Origin: Epithemia pelagica
Lineage: Eukaryota; Protista; Bacillariophyta
Length of the DNA: 64,000 bases
NCBI GenBank assembly: GCA_946965045.2
Contig: OX337228.1
Location: 1,736,001 to 1,800,000, forward strand
Direction: 5' to 3'
Part shown: piece after piece, positions 28,906 through 40,582 of the stretch
Layout: each line of letters begins with the position of its first letter
Numbering within the stretch: the stretch's first letter is position 1
The notes under the pieces: generated by a model
What the model saw: the letters and a program-made list of their open reading frames with translations, nothing else
Database searches by the model: none
Told to the model about the DNA's origin: nothing
Translations under genes and position numbers: made by a program

Positions 28906-30054
28906 CTACAAATGAAAGGTTTGACCCTTGCGTTTCTGGCGCACCAGTCGATATTGTTCTTGAACCTTTTGTCGCATTTGTTCCATAATGGCTTGTTCCT
29001 GTTGAATGTGCAAGGGTTTCTTTGGTTTACTTTTGTTGTTGTTGTGGTTGTTGGAAGCAGCGGCTCCTCGTGGAAGTTGCCGAAAGGTGGGTGGTCGTTC
29101 GGCTTGTACTCCAAATGCGGGTCTTGCCATGTTCCAGTCCTTGTCATTCTCATCGTCATTGTCATTAGTATTATCCCCGTCCGTTCCCAGGTCCGTTTGG
29201 TTTCGTTTCCTCTTGTTCTTTTTCTTTTGTTTCATAAATTCTCGCTTCTTGGCATGGCGTTCGGGATTCCCCTCTTGGGCACGTCGTTGCGATTGAATAA
29301 TTTGTTGCGTTTCTTGATGGACGCGTCGTCGATAGGCCCGTTTTCCCTCTCCCGGCAGTCGTTCGGCCGTTCTTGTCGTTTTCGTGGTTGCTTTCGTCTT
29401 GTGGTTGGCATCGTCCTCCAACTGCAAGGCCTTGTACAAGGCAACCTCTTCGGCAGGTTCCGTGGCCACCCGACGTGACGAGGAGGAAGAAGATGAATGG
29501 GATGGTAATTGTGTGGATGGAGGCTTGCCGTCCTGTTCTTGCTCCTTGAAAGATGGTTCCGCAGGGGAGACTGGTGTGCTGTTGCTGCCATGTCCGGCAT
29601 TCTCCGTGTCTGTTCGTGGAGGTTGTTTGGTCACCGGGGCATCTTCGGGCGACGACGACAACAACAAGGCATTGGCTACTACAGACGGATGAGCCTGTTT
29701 TTTCAAACTCCCCGTCAAATCATTCAAATCAAAGTCGTCGTCGTCGTTGGTGTTGTTGTTGTTGGTGGTGGTTGTTGCAGCAACGTGATCGGGTGGTCGA
29801 TCAAAAAAGTCTTGAGGACTCGGTTTTTGTGATTTTTGTTGTTGTTGTTGCTTTTGTTTTGTGGACAATCGTTGCAATCGTTTGGCTTGTTGCTGTGCCT
29901 TTAATTTGAGTGCCGTCCGACTCTTTTTCTTGACCTTGCGTCCATCGTCCCCCAAGCCCCAAATCCCCACATGATCCAAATTGAATCCTCCAGCTTGTTG
30001 TTTGGAAAAGGGATCAAAGGATTTAATCTTTTTGTATCGAGCCACACGACCCAT
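28906..30054 (-). CDS. CCDC137-like basic coiled-coil (putative nucleolar) protein
   Basis: MGRVARYKKIKSFDPFSK start, RLPGEGKRAYRRRV, FGVQAERPP and a C-terminal basic helix. Confidence 0.6.
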   Translation of the reverse strand: MGRVARYKKIKSFDPFSKQQAGGFNLDHVGIWGLGDDGRKVKKKSRTALKLKAQQQAKRLQRLSTKQKQQQQQKSQKPSPQDFFDRPPDHVAATTTTNNNNTNDDDDFDLNDLTGSLKKQAHPSVVANALLLSSSPEDAPVTKQPPRTDTENAGHGSNSTPVSPAEPSFKEQEQDGKPPSTQLPSHSSSSSSSRRVATEPAEEVALYKALQLEDDANHKTKATTKTTRTAERLPGEGKRAYRRRVHQETQQIIQSQRRAQEGNPERHAKKREFMKQKKKNKRKRNQTDLGTDGDNTNDNDDENDKDWNMARPAFGVQAERPPTFRQLPRGAAASNNHNNNKSKPKKPLHIQQEQAIMEQMRQKVQEQYRLVRQKRKGQTFHL

Positions 30055-30869
30055 ACTATTCCATCAATGGTGTTGTGGTCGGTCTGTTTAGCGAAGAGTT
30101 TCGGTTCAATCGAATCGTTCTTGTCTTGTGTGTTACAAGGCAACGGCCGGCCGTGCCATTGCCGCAAAATTTCTTGTGATGGTCCCAGTGGTGGTGGCAG
30201 TGGTGGCACCCGAGTTTGGTGTGACGGCCAGACTCTTTTATGCGATTATGCGATCTATATGCGACGCATATGTTAGTCGCGTTTATCGGAGAAGCCTACT
30301 GGGGCAATACAGCATAAGTACGAGTACTATAAAAAATAATATTGCATTGTCAATTGTCAGAGAAAATTGGTGGGATGTTATGCCTCGATCATATAGTGTA
30401 CGGAAATCTACAGGATTACGGAGTACGCAAGGCTCCTTCTTCCTCGGCTTGCTTTCGGAACAGACCTTCCCTACGGACTTGCGTTCAATATGAATGGTGG
30501 AGCTTGGGGACCACCACTGTAGGCCAGACAGTGGGGGATACATACAATAGCGTCTCACGGCTTTCGCTTCAAGATCAGACACAAGACAGAGTGGTCGTGA
30601 ATGTGAACCTGTCGAGCTCTCTATCGTTGTTGTTGGTTGGGTGTTCTACTGCGGTGGTTTGTGGTGGCATCTACGCTCTCTGTTGTTTTTCTTTTTTTTG
30701 TGTCTCATCTCATCTCTCCCATCTCTCCCCTCTCTCATCATCATATCATCAACATTCTCTCTCCTGGATTGCTGGTTGTGTTCGAATCGAGTCGTCGTTT
30801 CTCGGTGGACTGACTGGTTGTTGTTGTTGTGTGTGTGTGGTTCGTGTCGTTCTGGTTGTGGAAGCCGTC

Positions 30870-33164
30870 ATGATGGTGTTGAATCCAATCGTGGGCAAGG
30901 AAAAAATCACGTGCCCTCCTCCTCCTCCTCTTGTGGCACTAATGGACACGCATCCCGATTGTCCAGAGAAGGAGGAAAAAGAGGACGAGGATGTTCCCGT
31001 CGGAGGTGGATGGACTCGGTCTGCCCCACCCAACGAATCCTCCTCCTTGTCACAACCACAATCCTCTTCGGTTCCCATGGCCTGGTTGTTGGGTGCCTTG
31101 GTGGTGACACCGCAAATTCGGGCCACCTTGCAACAAGCTTCTCGTCACATTCAACAACAAGCACAAGAACAACGAGCTCGTCGATCCAAAGTTCGATTCC
31201 ATTCCACCCTGACCATTTTTGGCAGTTCCACCAATAGTACCATGGTACTTCCATTGATGAATCGTCCCCACAAACCCGTGCGGAGAATGATCCAGAACCC
31301 CCCAAAGCAGCAAGCCAAGAAAGCAACCACCATCACCACCAAAAAGACTGGCAGCAGCAACAACAACAACAACACTAGCAAATCCATTCCAGGCAAACAG
31401 CCATCCCCAACCCCCAACATTCAGGAGGACGAGCAAGAGGAGAAAAAGCAAGACGAAGATCGTGACAGTCTGGACAAGAAGAAGAACAACACCTTGTTGG
31501 GTCTTGCCGACGGCAGCAGTCATTCGACATCCTCGTGCAGTGACAGCAGCAACAGCAGTAGTAGCAGCAGTAGTAGCAGCAGTGGGAGTGATTCCGAAGA
31601 GGATCCAGAGGACCATCCCGAAGAGGAAGAGGAACCCGAGGGGCATGTAAATCTCTTTTCTCGCAACAATCCTAATACCAAAAAGAACAAGAACACCACC
31701 AAGAACAAATACCCCAGTGCTTGGACCTTGGAAGAACGACACTTAATTTGGTATACCCGGACCGAAATTCAACACATGCGCACCAGCAGTCGTCAAGAAA
31801 TCAAACATCAGGGCTTGACGCGAGATACGGAGGAGTTTAGTGTGCGAGGATTGGAAGATGCCGTCTCCACACAAGTCCTGCAAGACAAGCGGGCTCGACG
31901 CAAATCGGTCATTACGTGCGTCTTGCAAGAACAAGAACGACAAGCGCAAGTTCGCAAACGACAACGACAAGAACGTCAATTTCAATTTGTCTTAAACAAC
32001 AACAACAACAACAATTCTTCTTTGTCCGGAACAACCTCCACAACCACAACCACAACCACAACCAGCAATAACAGCAATGCCCTGGCCTCGTCCCTTCCAA
32101 CCGCACCGGCCGTGGCCCTGGCGACCACCACGGCCAATTGGGAAAAGATTCGCAAAAAGTGTCATGTCACCTCCAAAAAATCCATTGCCTTGGCCTTGTC
32201 ATTGGCGGCTCGAGATGAACAAGAAGCGCGGGGTGAACCAGACCAACCACTAGCACCACAACCACAACAGGGTTGGTCTCGAGGGGGAGCAACGGCACCA
32301 ACGACACCACGGCGAGGAGCAGCACCGCCCACAACGACTCCCACCAAACCCACCAGCAACCACAAAAAAATGACACGACCACCACGCATTCCCTTGGTGC
32401 TCCAGTCCCCCAAACCATCCTCCTCCCAACCACGAAAACCACCACAAACACCGGTATCGACGACGACCAAATCCAAACCACCATTATCACAAGCATTGAT
32501 CGGTGGAGGAGGGAGAGACATGCCAACCATCCCTCCGACTACTACCAAACCGGTTCGACGAAAGAGCCTCCCCTTTCAGTCCCCGCGACCAGCCGCAGCC
32601 ACCGCACCCACCACCACCATGATGACACCATCCTCCTCGTCAGTCAAACGAAGGGTCAGTCTCTCCTCCTCCCGAACCACCAATACCAATACCAATACGC
32701 TTCCCACACCACCCTTGCCACCCGCGTCGTCTCCACTCTGGACGGTTCGCAATAATAATACTAATACTAATATTCCCAATACGGCACCACTGACACCATT
32801 GCCGTCATTGCCACCCAAACAACCCAAACAACAACAACCACCATTGTCGCAGCCGTTTCCTCCTCCGGCACCGTTTCTTTCACCCAGACCAAAGCAGCAA
32901 CCACAAAAGGATGGAATGGCCGGTGGTTGTCCTCCCTCCTCTCCGGGAACCGTCCTTCGGACTCCTACCACCAAACGACACAGTCTCTCTACCAGCAGCC
33001 ACAACAACCACAACCACTACCACAAGACGAATGCCGCGTCTCCCAATCCATACAAAAACAACAACCACAACAACACTCTTCTTTCCCCCACGGGACTCGT
33101 AATGACACCCAGAACCAAGTGTCGCAAATCGTCCCTTCAGTTGCCCCGAAACAGTTACCATTGA
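30870..33164 (+). CDS. Diatom-type hypothetical protein with KVRF motif and WY..RGLE..VLxEQ core; long Pro/Thr-rich tail
   Basis: KVRFHSTL, IWYTRTEI, VRGLED, VITCVLQEQERQ, SKKSIALALSLAARDEQEA. The upstream part of the listed ORF (30342-30869) reads as UTR-like T/G-rich sequence, so the ATG at 30870 is inferred. Confidence 0.7.
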   Translation: MMVLNPIVGKEKITCPPPPPLVALMDTHPDCPEKEEKEDEDVPVGGGWTRSAPPNESSSLSQPQSSSVPMAWLLGALVVTPQIRATLQQASRHIQQQAQEQRARRSKVRFHSTLTIFGSSTNSTMVLPLMNRPHKPVRRMIQNPPKQQAKKATTITTKKTGSSNNNNNTSKSIPGKQPSPTPNIQEDEQEEKKQDEDRDSLDKKKNNTLLGLADGSSHSTSSCSDSSNSSSSSSSSSSGSDSEEDPEDHPEEEEEPEGHVNLFSRNNPNTKKNKNTTKNKYPSAWTLEERHLIWYTRTEIQHMRTSSRQEIKHQGLTRDTEEFSVRGLEDAVSTQVLQDKRARRKSVITCVLQEQERQAQVRKRQRQERQFQFVLNNNNNNNSSLSGTTSTTTTTTTTSNNSNALASSLPTAPAVALATTTANWEKIRKKCHVTSKKSIALALSLAARDEQEARGEPDQPLAPQPQQGWSRGGATAPTTPRRGAAPPTTTPTKPTSNHKKMTRPPRIPLVLQSPKPSSSQPRKPPQTPVSTTTKSKPPLSQALIGGGGRDMPTIPPTTTKPVRRKSLPFQSPRPAAATAPTTTMMTPSSSSVKRRVSLSSSRTTNTNTNTLPTPPLPPASSPLWTVRNNNTNTNIPNTAPLTPLPSLPPKQPKQQQPPLSQPFPPPAPFLSPRPKQQPQKDGMAGGCPPSSPGTVLRTPTTKRHSLSTSSHNNHNHYHKTNAASPNPYKNNNHNNTLLSPTGLVMTPRTKCRKSSLQLPRNSYH

Positions 33165-33516
33165 GCTACACTTTCATTATTATTCTGTGGGGCGTGGAGC
33201 ATTCGTGCATCTCGACAGGAGAGCAGAGTGATGAGAAGAAAAAACAGTCTATTGTTAAAAACATTCAAGAATGAAACAGGGAAACTTTTTGTCCTTGCCA
33301 CCAGCCTTTTGTTTGTACAAACTGCTGCGCGGTTAACGACAGAACATGTATGTACCACACGAGTTCAAGTCCAGAGTACAGGGGATATTGTAAACAGCGA
33401 GCTCTAAGATAGTTGGAACACACTATTGGGACTTCCCGCCGTAGTATTAGTAGTAGCGATCCATGTATGTGTTTCGCTCTCTCGGAGGAGCAAACAGCAA
33501 ACACACCATGCATCGA

Positions 33517-36500
33517 TTAATGTCTTTGGCGACGAAGCAACTCGGGTCCCAGGTTCAAGAGTACATCCGACACTCGGCCATCGCCATCCAAGGATGGAGA
33601 AGCCGTGGTAGCCCGTTGCGCATAGGCATCGCAACAGGACAAGGTGACCAACCAGGCATCTTCCTCCCCATGATCTACGGACCCATTGTAATCCACCAAT
33701 TGGGAAAACACATATTCTTCCGCCTTGACACGTTTCGTGTGATGTGGTGAGGACAACCAACTAGGAGCATAGGAAAACAGGTAGTGGATGATGGTCGATG
33801 GTCGGAGATCCCGAATCCAGGCTTCGCGCAACAAGGCCTTGGCCAAATCGGATCCAGATTTCGTCTTGGATTCAAACCCATTCCAAAACAACATTTGTCG
33901 TACAGCACGAAGTTCGGCGTAGGGACGACCATTTTCAATTTGACTCAAGTGAACACTCTTGTTGCTGCTGCTGCCGCCACCTCGAAGCACCAATTGTTCC
34001 AAGGCCAACTCCAGGTCCGCCAAATCCTGCGTCAAATGCAAGCGTGCCGACTCTCCCAAGGGTCGAACCAAGGCAGCATTGGAGACAAAGGCATGAATGG
34101 AAAAGGATGCAATCTTGGAGGCTACAATCGAGGCGTACGGAGGTGGGAACTTGGTCAGAATTTGATTCGCAATCGCCTCGTAGACGGGTGCCAAATCAGT
34201 TTGCACAAAGGTGGTCGACACTTCTTCTTCTTGTGCTTGGTCTCCCTCTTGCCGATAATAGACACCCAAATGAATGCGGGCAATCATATCTCCCAAACGA
34301 CGATTGCTGGCATGACAGAGTGGATCCAATATATGGCTCTGTACCATCTTATTAATGTGATTGAGTGCTGGTTGGAGGGCCTCCAGGCAAAGTGCCGCCG
34401 CTTCTTCCTGCTGTGGAGACGTGGTAGGTCGGTAGGGTGCAACAAAAGTCTTTTCCGGACCTGCTTCGAGGTAGGAATGCAACGTGTACATCTGCACAAA
34501 ACAACAACAACAACAACCAAAATTCAGTTCCACAACAAGAGTGTGAGTACACATACCGAGTACCAGAGGCAACAGAAGTGTCCACAAGCACACACAAAGA
34601 CACACTCCAACAATCTTTTACGTACAATGGCCGCCACTTTTCGATCGTGTTGGAGAGCTTCCGTCATGGTCCAGTCGACTGGGTGGGCCGCACTGGTTAG
34701 TTTCAAATAATTCTTGAGCTGATGATGCTTGTGATGATGATGATGGTGCGTCTTGCTCAGAGCGTTGCGAGCCCGGAGACAAAATTGCGAAATCATGTTC
34801 ACGACACATTCGGCAATCATGGTCACGGCCGTAAATTCCCCTCCACCCTCCTTGGGATCGGCCAGGGACAATTCGTGTCGAATATTTTCATCAAAGCGTT
34901 GGACATCAAATTTGCTGGGCAACAAGGAACTATTGGGAATCATGGACGGATTGGTAGTAGTAGTATTGGTGGCGGCCGTGGGCAATCCATCCTCGCTCAG
35001 AATCAAGGCCGCCTCATCTTCGTCGTCGTCATGAGTAGGGTCGGGGAACATGTATTGCAAGGGTTGACACAAGCGTTGTGTACAGGCTTGTACAAAGGCT
35101 TGTTGCAAGGGATACAAACCTTCTTGTTCTTGATCGTTACTCAACAATGTCTTCCATTCCCTGCATTGAAACGAGGCCACGTCGGAAGAGGAGGACGCGG
35201 ACGTTGCGGCAGCACTGCCAATGAGACTCAACGAAGAAGCAGAAGTGTTGGTACCCAGCCCTCCTCCTCCACCCGCAAGACTTGCCCAGGAACCTGCCGT
35301 CGAGGTGGTACTTGTCGTACTGGGAGGAGTCGTCCAGGAATCCGCCGCCAGGGAACTTGTGTGCGGCGGTTCGTCGGCTGCTTCTTGTGGATTCCGGGTA
35401 GTCGTCGTACCATTGGCGGGACTACTCCAGGACTGCCAGGCCAAGGCCGTCTCCAAGGCCTGGGACCCGCCCAAAATACCGCCACTGGTGCTGCTGCTGC
35501 TGGGAATACTCCCGGCCATGGCAAAGGACTGTGGTTCTTGCCATTGTCCCACCAATTGCAAGGCGACCCGACGAACGGGTGGATACAAGGCGGCGACATC
35601 GGCGCGGTCCAATTTCGTCTTGTGGTGACTGCTGGAAACTTGATGCAAGACTTGTTGAATGAGGCGTGCCATGGTACGACAAGTGCGTTGCCAAAACAGG
35701 GTGACCAACGACTCGGTGACAAGAGTCGTCTTCGTACTGGTACTGCTCGTCTTGTTGTGGTTGGCAGTCGTATATTCGGGAGGACAGGGCCCTTGGGTCA
35801 TGACGACGGTCCAAAAGACGTTGCGAGATTCGGGATCGGTTTTGCTGTGCAAGACATGTTGCAAATGTCGCACACTCGTCATGGCTTGCGCCAAACCCCG
35901 CGCCCAGTGTTCGGCCGCTTCCAAACGCAATTGGACCAATCGTTGGGCAATGCCTTCTGTCATATTGCTTGTAGTACTACTAGTACTGGCACTGGTTTTT
36001 TTGGGTTTGGTCGCACTGGCACTGCTGGTCGACAACGACAAGGACGAGGACGAGGCGGCTTGATCCTTCAAGTGTTGCAAGGTGGTGGTATTCCACAATT
36101 GTCGACACGCCGCTTCGGCTTGATCGTGGGCTTGATTCACGACATACCAGGCCGCTTGTGACAATTCTCCCAAATGAAAATATACTTGCAAGGTGGCACC
36201 CAAGGAGGCCATGGCCGCCATGCGAGATTTGGTGGTATTGGTGGTTCCATCCTTCTCCTCCTCCTCGTCTGGTTGAAAGTGTTGGGACCGACAATAGTCG
36301 TGCAACAAGGTTTGACTGGCCTGCCGGACGGCGGCCGCCGTTTGCGTGGCGGGTGGATGCCAGTGTTGGACCAAGGCAATGGCCGATGATTGGGACGACG
36401 TGCTGCCGCCCCCCAAGAGTCCCAATTCCGGTTGGTCCCACAAGTCTTGTAAAATGGCCACGGCCGCGGCCGCCTTGGTCAAATCCCGCACATCGGTCAA

Positions 36501-37208
36501 ATCGTACGTTTGCAATTTGACCGATTCAAATTGCGCCCGCAACATCATTTTTAACGTTTGGGACAAGGTCAAGACACGTTCCAATTTGAGACAGGCGCCA
36601 TTCATGCGATGCAAACCGCGTTCCAACGAGGTTTGCACGCGTTGGGCGACTGTTTCCAAGACTTGCGATTGCCGATCCAACCGATGCGCCCGATCGCGAA
36701 GCGACGATAAGGTCGTGGTCGTCGTTGTTGTTGAGGCACGAGTCTTGTCGTTGTCGTTTTGGTCATTCTTGTCCTTCTTATTATCCTCCTCCTGGTTGTC
36801 GTCCAAATGTTGTGATTCTTCGGCAGCATGCACGACGAGGGTCCCATGTCCATGCAATCGCATCAAGGGACCGGCCACAGCTTCGGGCGACGTTCGACTC
36901 AATTTGACCGCCAAGGATTCCACCAAGGCCAATTTGCGTTCCACATCTTGCAAGGCAGTATCGGCTCGTTCCTTGGCCAACACGGCGGTACTACTATGAT
37001 CCAGTGGTTCTTGGGATTGCTGCAAGACGGCCGCCGCATAGGGAATGGCGGCCTGATCGGGACGGTGGGGATTCCATTCCGTCATGCCATGATCCAACAA
37101 GAGAGGATCTTCCCGCAACAACAATTGCAAGGATGCGGCAGCTGCGGCGGCTGCGGCGGCTTGATCTCCTCCTGTCGTGCTGGTGCTGCTGGTGACGGGA
37201 GCTGCCAT
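33517..37208 (-). CDS. COG5: Conserved oligomeric Golgi complex subunit 5 (2 exons)
   Basis: N-terminal coiled coils, DLTKAAAAV, LGATLQVYFHL, DLADLELAL, RPYAELRAVRQMLF and IIHYLFSYAP..LSSPH. A phase-0 GT-AG intron at 34625-34492 joins KVAAI|MYTLH. Confidence 0.8.
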
Positions 37209-37581
37209 GGTCCCTGTAATAGTACGTCGTAGTCTGGGATGATTCTCGCAGTCTCGATTCGTCTCACAGGGTTGCTTTTGGGTTGTTGTCTTGCTCGAGG
37301 TCACCGAGGGGTCTGTAAATTGTAAAAGGCGCATTCGGTCGCGTCTAATTCGCGGAACGCGGAGCGTGGATCGAAAAGTCGAGTCTAGCTCCCAGCGAGT
37401 AAAGTTCGTCACTGCATGGGGAGTAAAACCAATGCAGACATGGTGCCGTAATCGGTACACTACTCTGAATAGATGACACGTTGGGAAGTAATCGAAGAAA
37501 TCCTTGCGTTGGACCGACAAGCATGTCAAACTCCACAAAGATCTAGGTAAGGTAGGCAGGTAGGAGTAATACAGAACCAGC

Positions 37582-40460
37582 ATGACAACCCGTTGGATTC
37601 TTCCTCTTCCTTCCATGCAACCACCATGGTTCCACAAAGACAAGCATTCACCACAACCGAGAAGAAGAAGAAGAAGAAGGCCAGCGACGCCACAAGCCAC
37701 GATGATCAACAACAACAAGATACCATCACCGACCATTCCTTGCACCCTTGGTCCACTCCTGGTGGGATGGAAATGGCAGTGGTGGCGGTTGTTTTTCTTC
37801 GTTTTCTTGTGTCTTTGTGGGACACCAAGAGTGTATCCTGATTTCGCAACAACCAATGGAGTAGAGGCCTTTTTGGCGCCACGTCGTGGGGATTCCTTGT
37901 CGTCGTCGTCGATGTCGTTGTTGGGGAGACAACGACGTTGCAACTCTGGGTTCCCACCACCAACCAGAAACCAAATCCTGGTAGAAATGGCCGCCCACGA
38001 CAACGACAAGAACAATTACCCGAGGCATTCCACCACCAAACACCCCAAAGATTGGGAACAGGAGCAGGAACCGAAGGAGCAACTGAACATGGGACACTCC
38101 GGCCCCACAAACAACACGACTGGCGTACCAATCGCCCGTCCCCACAACGACCTAGTCTCGTCGTCAATGTCGTCATGGTTTCTTCCATTCCAGAATCGTC
38201 GTCGCACCTTGTTGACCACGACCAGCTGGCTGGCCAGCCAGCTCTGGGGGACCACACAAGCCTCGGCCACTCCTACCAGCCCAACAACGACCGCTCCTTC
38301 CTTGGTCCAATGGTTGGAACAACAACAACAACCACCCGCCGGCGCTGGTGCTTCGTCGTCATCGTCGTTGTGGATGATGATTCGACCACGATTGCGCAAT
38401 GCGACATCCACCCCCAAATTCCTCCACAAGGCCCGGCAACCACCACAACCACAGCAACAATCGGACCATGATTTGAGTCGCGAACGGGCCTTGTTGCAAT
38501 TGCTCCCCATTCGCAACGATCGAAAATTTGTCTTTCGGGCTCTCCAAGGACGACTGGAAAGCATTTCCTTTGCTCTGGCCGAAGGACTGCAACAACCATC
38601 ATCATCATCATCATCACCACAAACACAGCAAAAATCATCCTCCTCCTTTCCAGACCAGCAAACGACGTCGACGGAACCATTGGTATCATCACCACCCACC
38701 ATTCCTCCAAGGATACCACACATTGCCACGGCGACCTGGAATCGTCTGAGTGCTTCCATGAATGAAACCATTGCCTTTTTGGACAATCAACGAGATTTGT
38801 TGGCCCCCGTCTTTAATCAAGAAGATAGTACCGAATTGGCCATTCGCAAGGCCGAACAAGGAGAATTTCGCATTGAAACCTTAAGATCCTACTTGGTCGA
38901 ATTGAGTACCGTCTGTACCACGGCGGCCGCCACTAATACCAAACCCCCAACAATGACCACGAGCACAACATCAACAACATCAACAACAACAACCACAAAA
39001 CAGGACGATATGCGAGCCTCTGATCCGGTGGACCACCAAGAGCAGCAGCCAAATGCAGTGAACGTGGACGACAACGACGACGAGGCACCCATTTATGCCG
39101 TCCAACGTTTGCAACGAATGGCCTTGTTGGCCTTGGCCGAAGTGGGTGAATTGTTGGTGGCCACCTTTCCCTACAATGTCCCGGCACAAGGCAAATTCTC
39201 CTACTTGCCACGACTCTTGGGACGAGCCCGTGTGACCTTTTCCTTTCGACGCAACAACAACAACAACAACAACAAGATTGGAACACGACGAAGAACTCTC
39301 TTGGGTGGATCGACCACAACCGATCCAGTCGACGCGTCTTTGCCACTCAACAACAACAACAACAACAACAACAAGGGATTTTTGGGAAACATTACCATTG
39401 TGGCGGATGGATTCTTGGCACCCATTTCCGCGGGAAACTTTGTCGATTTGAGTATGCGCAACTTTTATACGGGATTGCCGGTCAAATCATTCAAGAAACG
39501 ATTGTTGCAAACCGTTCCAACCGGCGGGAGTGCCTCAAGTAGTAGTACAGGTTTGGGCGGCAGCAGCAGCAGCAGCAAGTTTTCGACGGCATCTTCTTCC
39601 TCCTCGTCGTCGTCGTCTGGAGGAGGAGGACCTTCCTTGTTGGCCATTGTTGAAACCGCCGATGTACCCGTCATGGGAAGTTTCAATGAAGGTTTTTACG
39701 ATCCCTTGACGGCCAAATTACGTCGCATTCCGTTGGAATTGATTCGCGTCGAAAATTCCAACAATGTACCCTCCTTGAGTTATTCCCTTCAAGGAACCAG
39801 TTTGGGTGGTTTGGCCTTTTTGGATTTGTCATCCAAATTGGACGATACCACCAACACGGTGGTAGATTTGCAACCCCTGCAAACGCAACAACCACCACAA
39901 CAACCACAACAACAATCCTCCACTGCACGCGGGATTTCGTATAGTTCCAGCAAGCCGCTCGTGTCCTTTGGCGATATTCAAGGTTTGGTGGCCCTGAATC
40001 ATCCAGACAAGTATCCCAACAGTGGGTCGTCTGAATTTTTTGCCCTCCAAACCAATTCCATGTAAGTGTTGGTGTTGTTGTTACACCACAAAGTGTGGTG
40101 ATTTATCCACGCAAACATGTCTCTGCAACTATATACGAAAAAGAGGGAACTCATGGTGTGTTTTGTGGTGACTGTTGTTCTTGTTCTCTCAGACCCAAGG
40201 AACGACGCCAATGGTTGGACGGACAATATGCTCCATTTGGTTACATTGCTCAGGGATGGGAATTGTTTGATCAATTGCAACCGAATGATGTCATTACCGA
40301 TACAGTTGTAGATGAGTGGGGAATTTTGAACCTTGTCAAGATTCGAGAATCCAGATTTGCCGATATTGTTTCTCAGGCTGGAGGAGAACCAGGATCTATC
40401 GACGATGATGAGGACGAACAAGAGAAGGGCGACAATGAGAACAACAAATCAAAGGAGTGA
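37582..40460 (+). CDS. Thylakoid-lumen cyclophilin, CYP37/CYP38 type (2 exons)
   Basis: YLPRLLGRARV, IVADGFLAPISAGNFVDL, GFYDPLT..RRIPLE, SGSSEFF, LDGQYAPFGY. The presequence has a signal peptide, VEAF and a twin-Arg-like NRRRTLL...ASA. GT-AG intron 40062-40192 gives NSI|PKERR. The start ATG is uncertain. Confidence 0.85.
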
Positions 40461-40582
40461 CGTAACCACTCTTTTGCTTGTATGGCTGTGGATCATTTAC
40501 AATTGGACCAATCATAGTGTTTAAAGTATAAAATTTCTCTACCAACAAGAGTAAAAGACGGCATTTCGTGTCTGTTCTTTCA

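Noticed and set aside
30342-30869. N-terminal Cys/Val-rich extension of the 940-aa ORF as a membrane domain
   Set aside because: It is a non-ATG extension through TTG/GTG-rich UTR-like sequence; the COG5 and DUF6824 ORFs have similar non-ATG-supported upstream extensions that were also trimmed.
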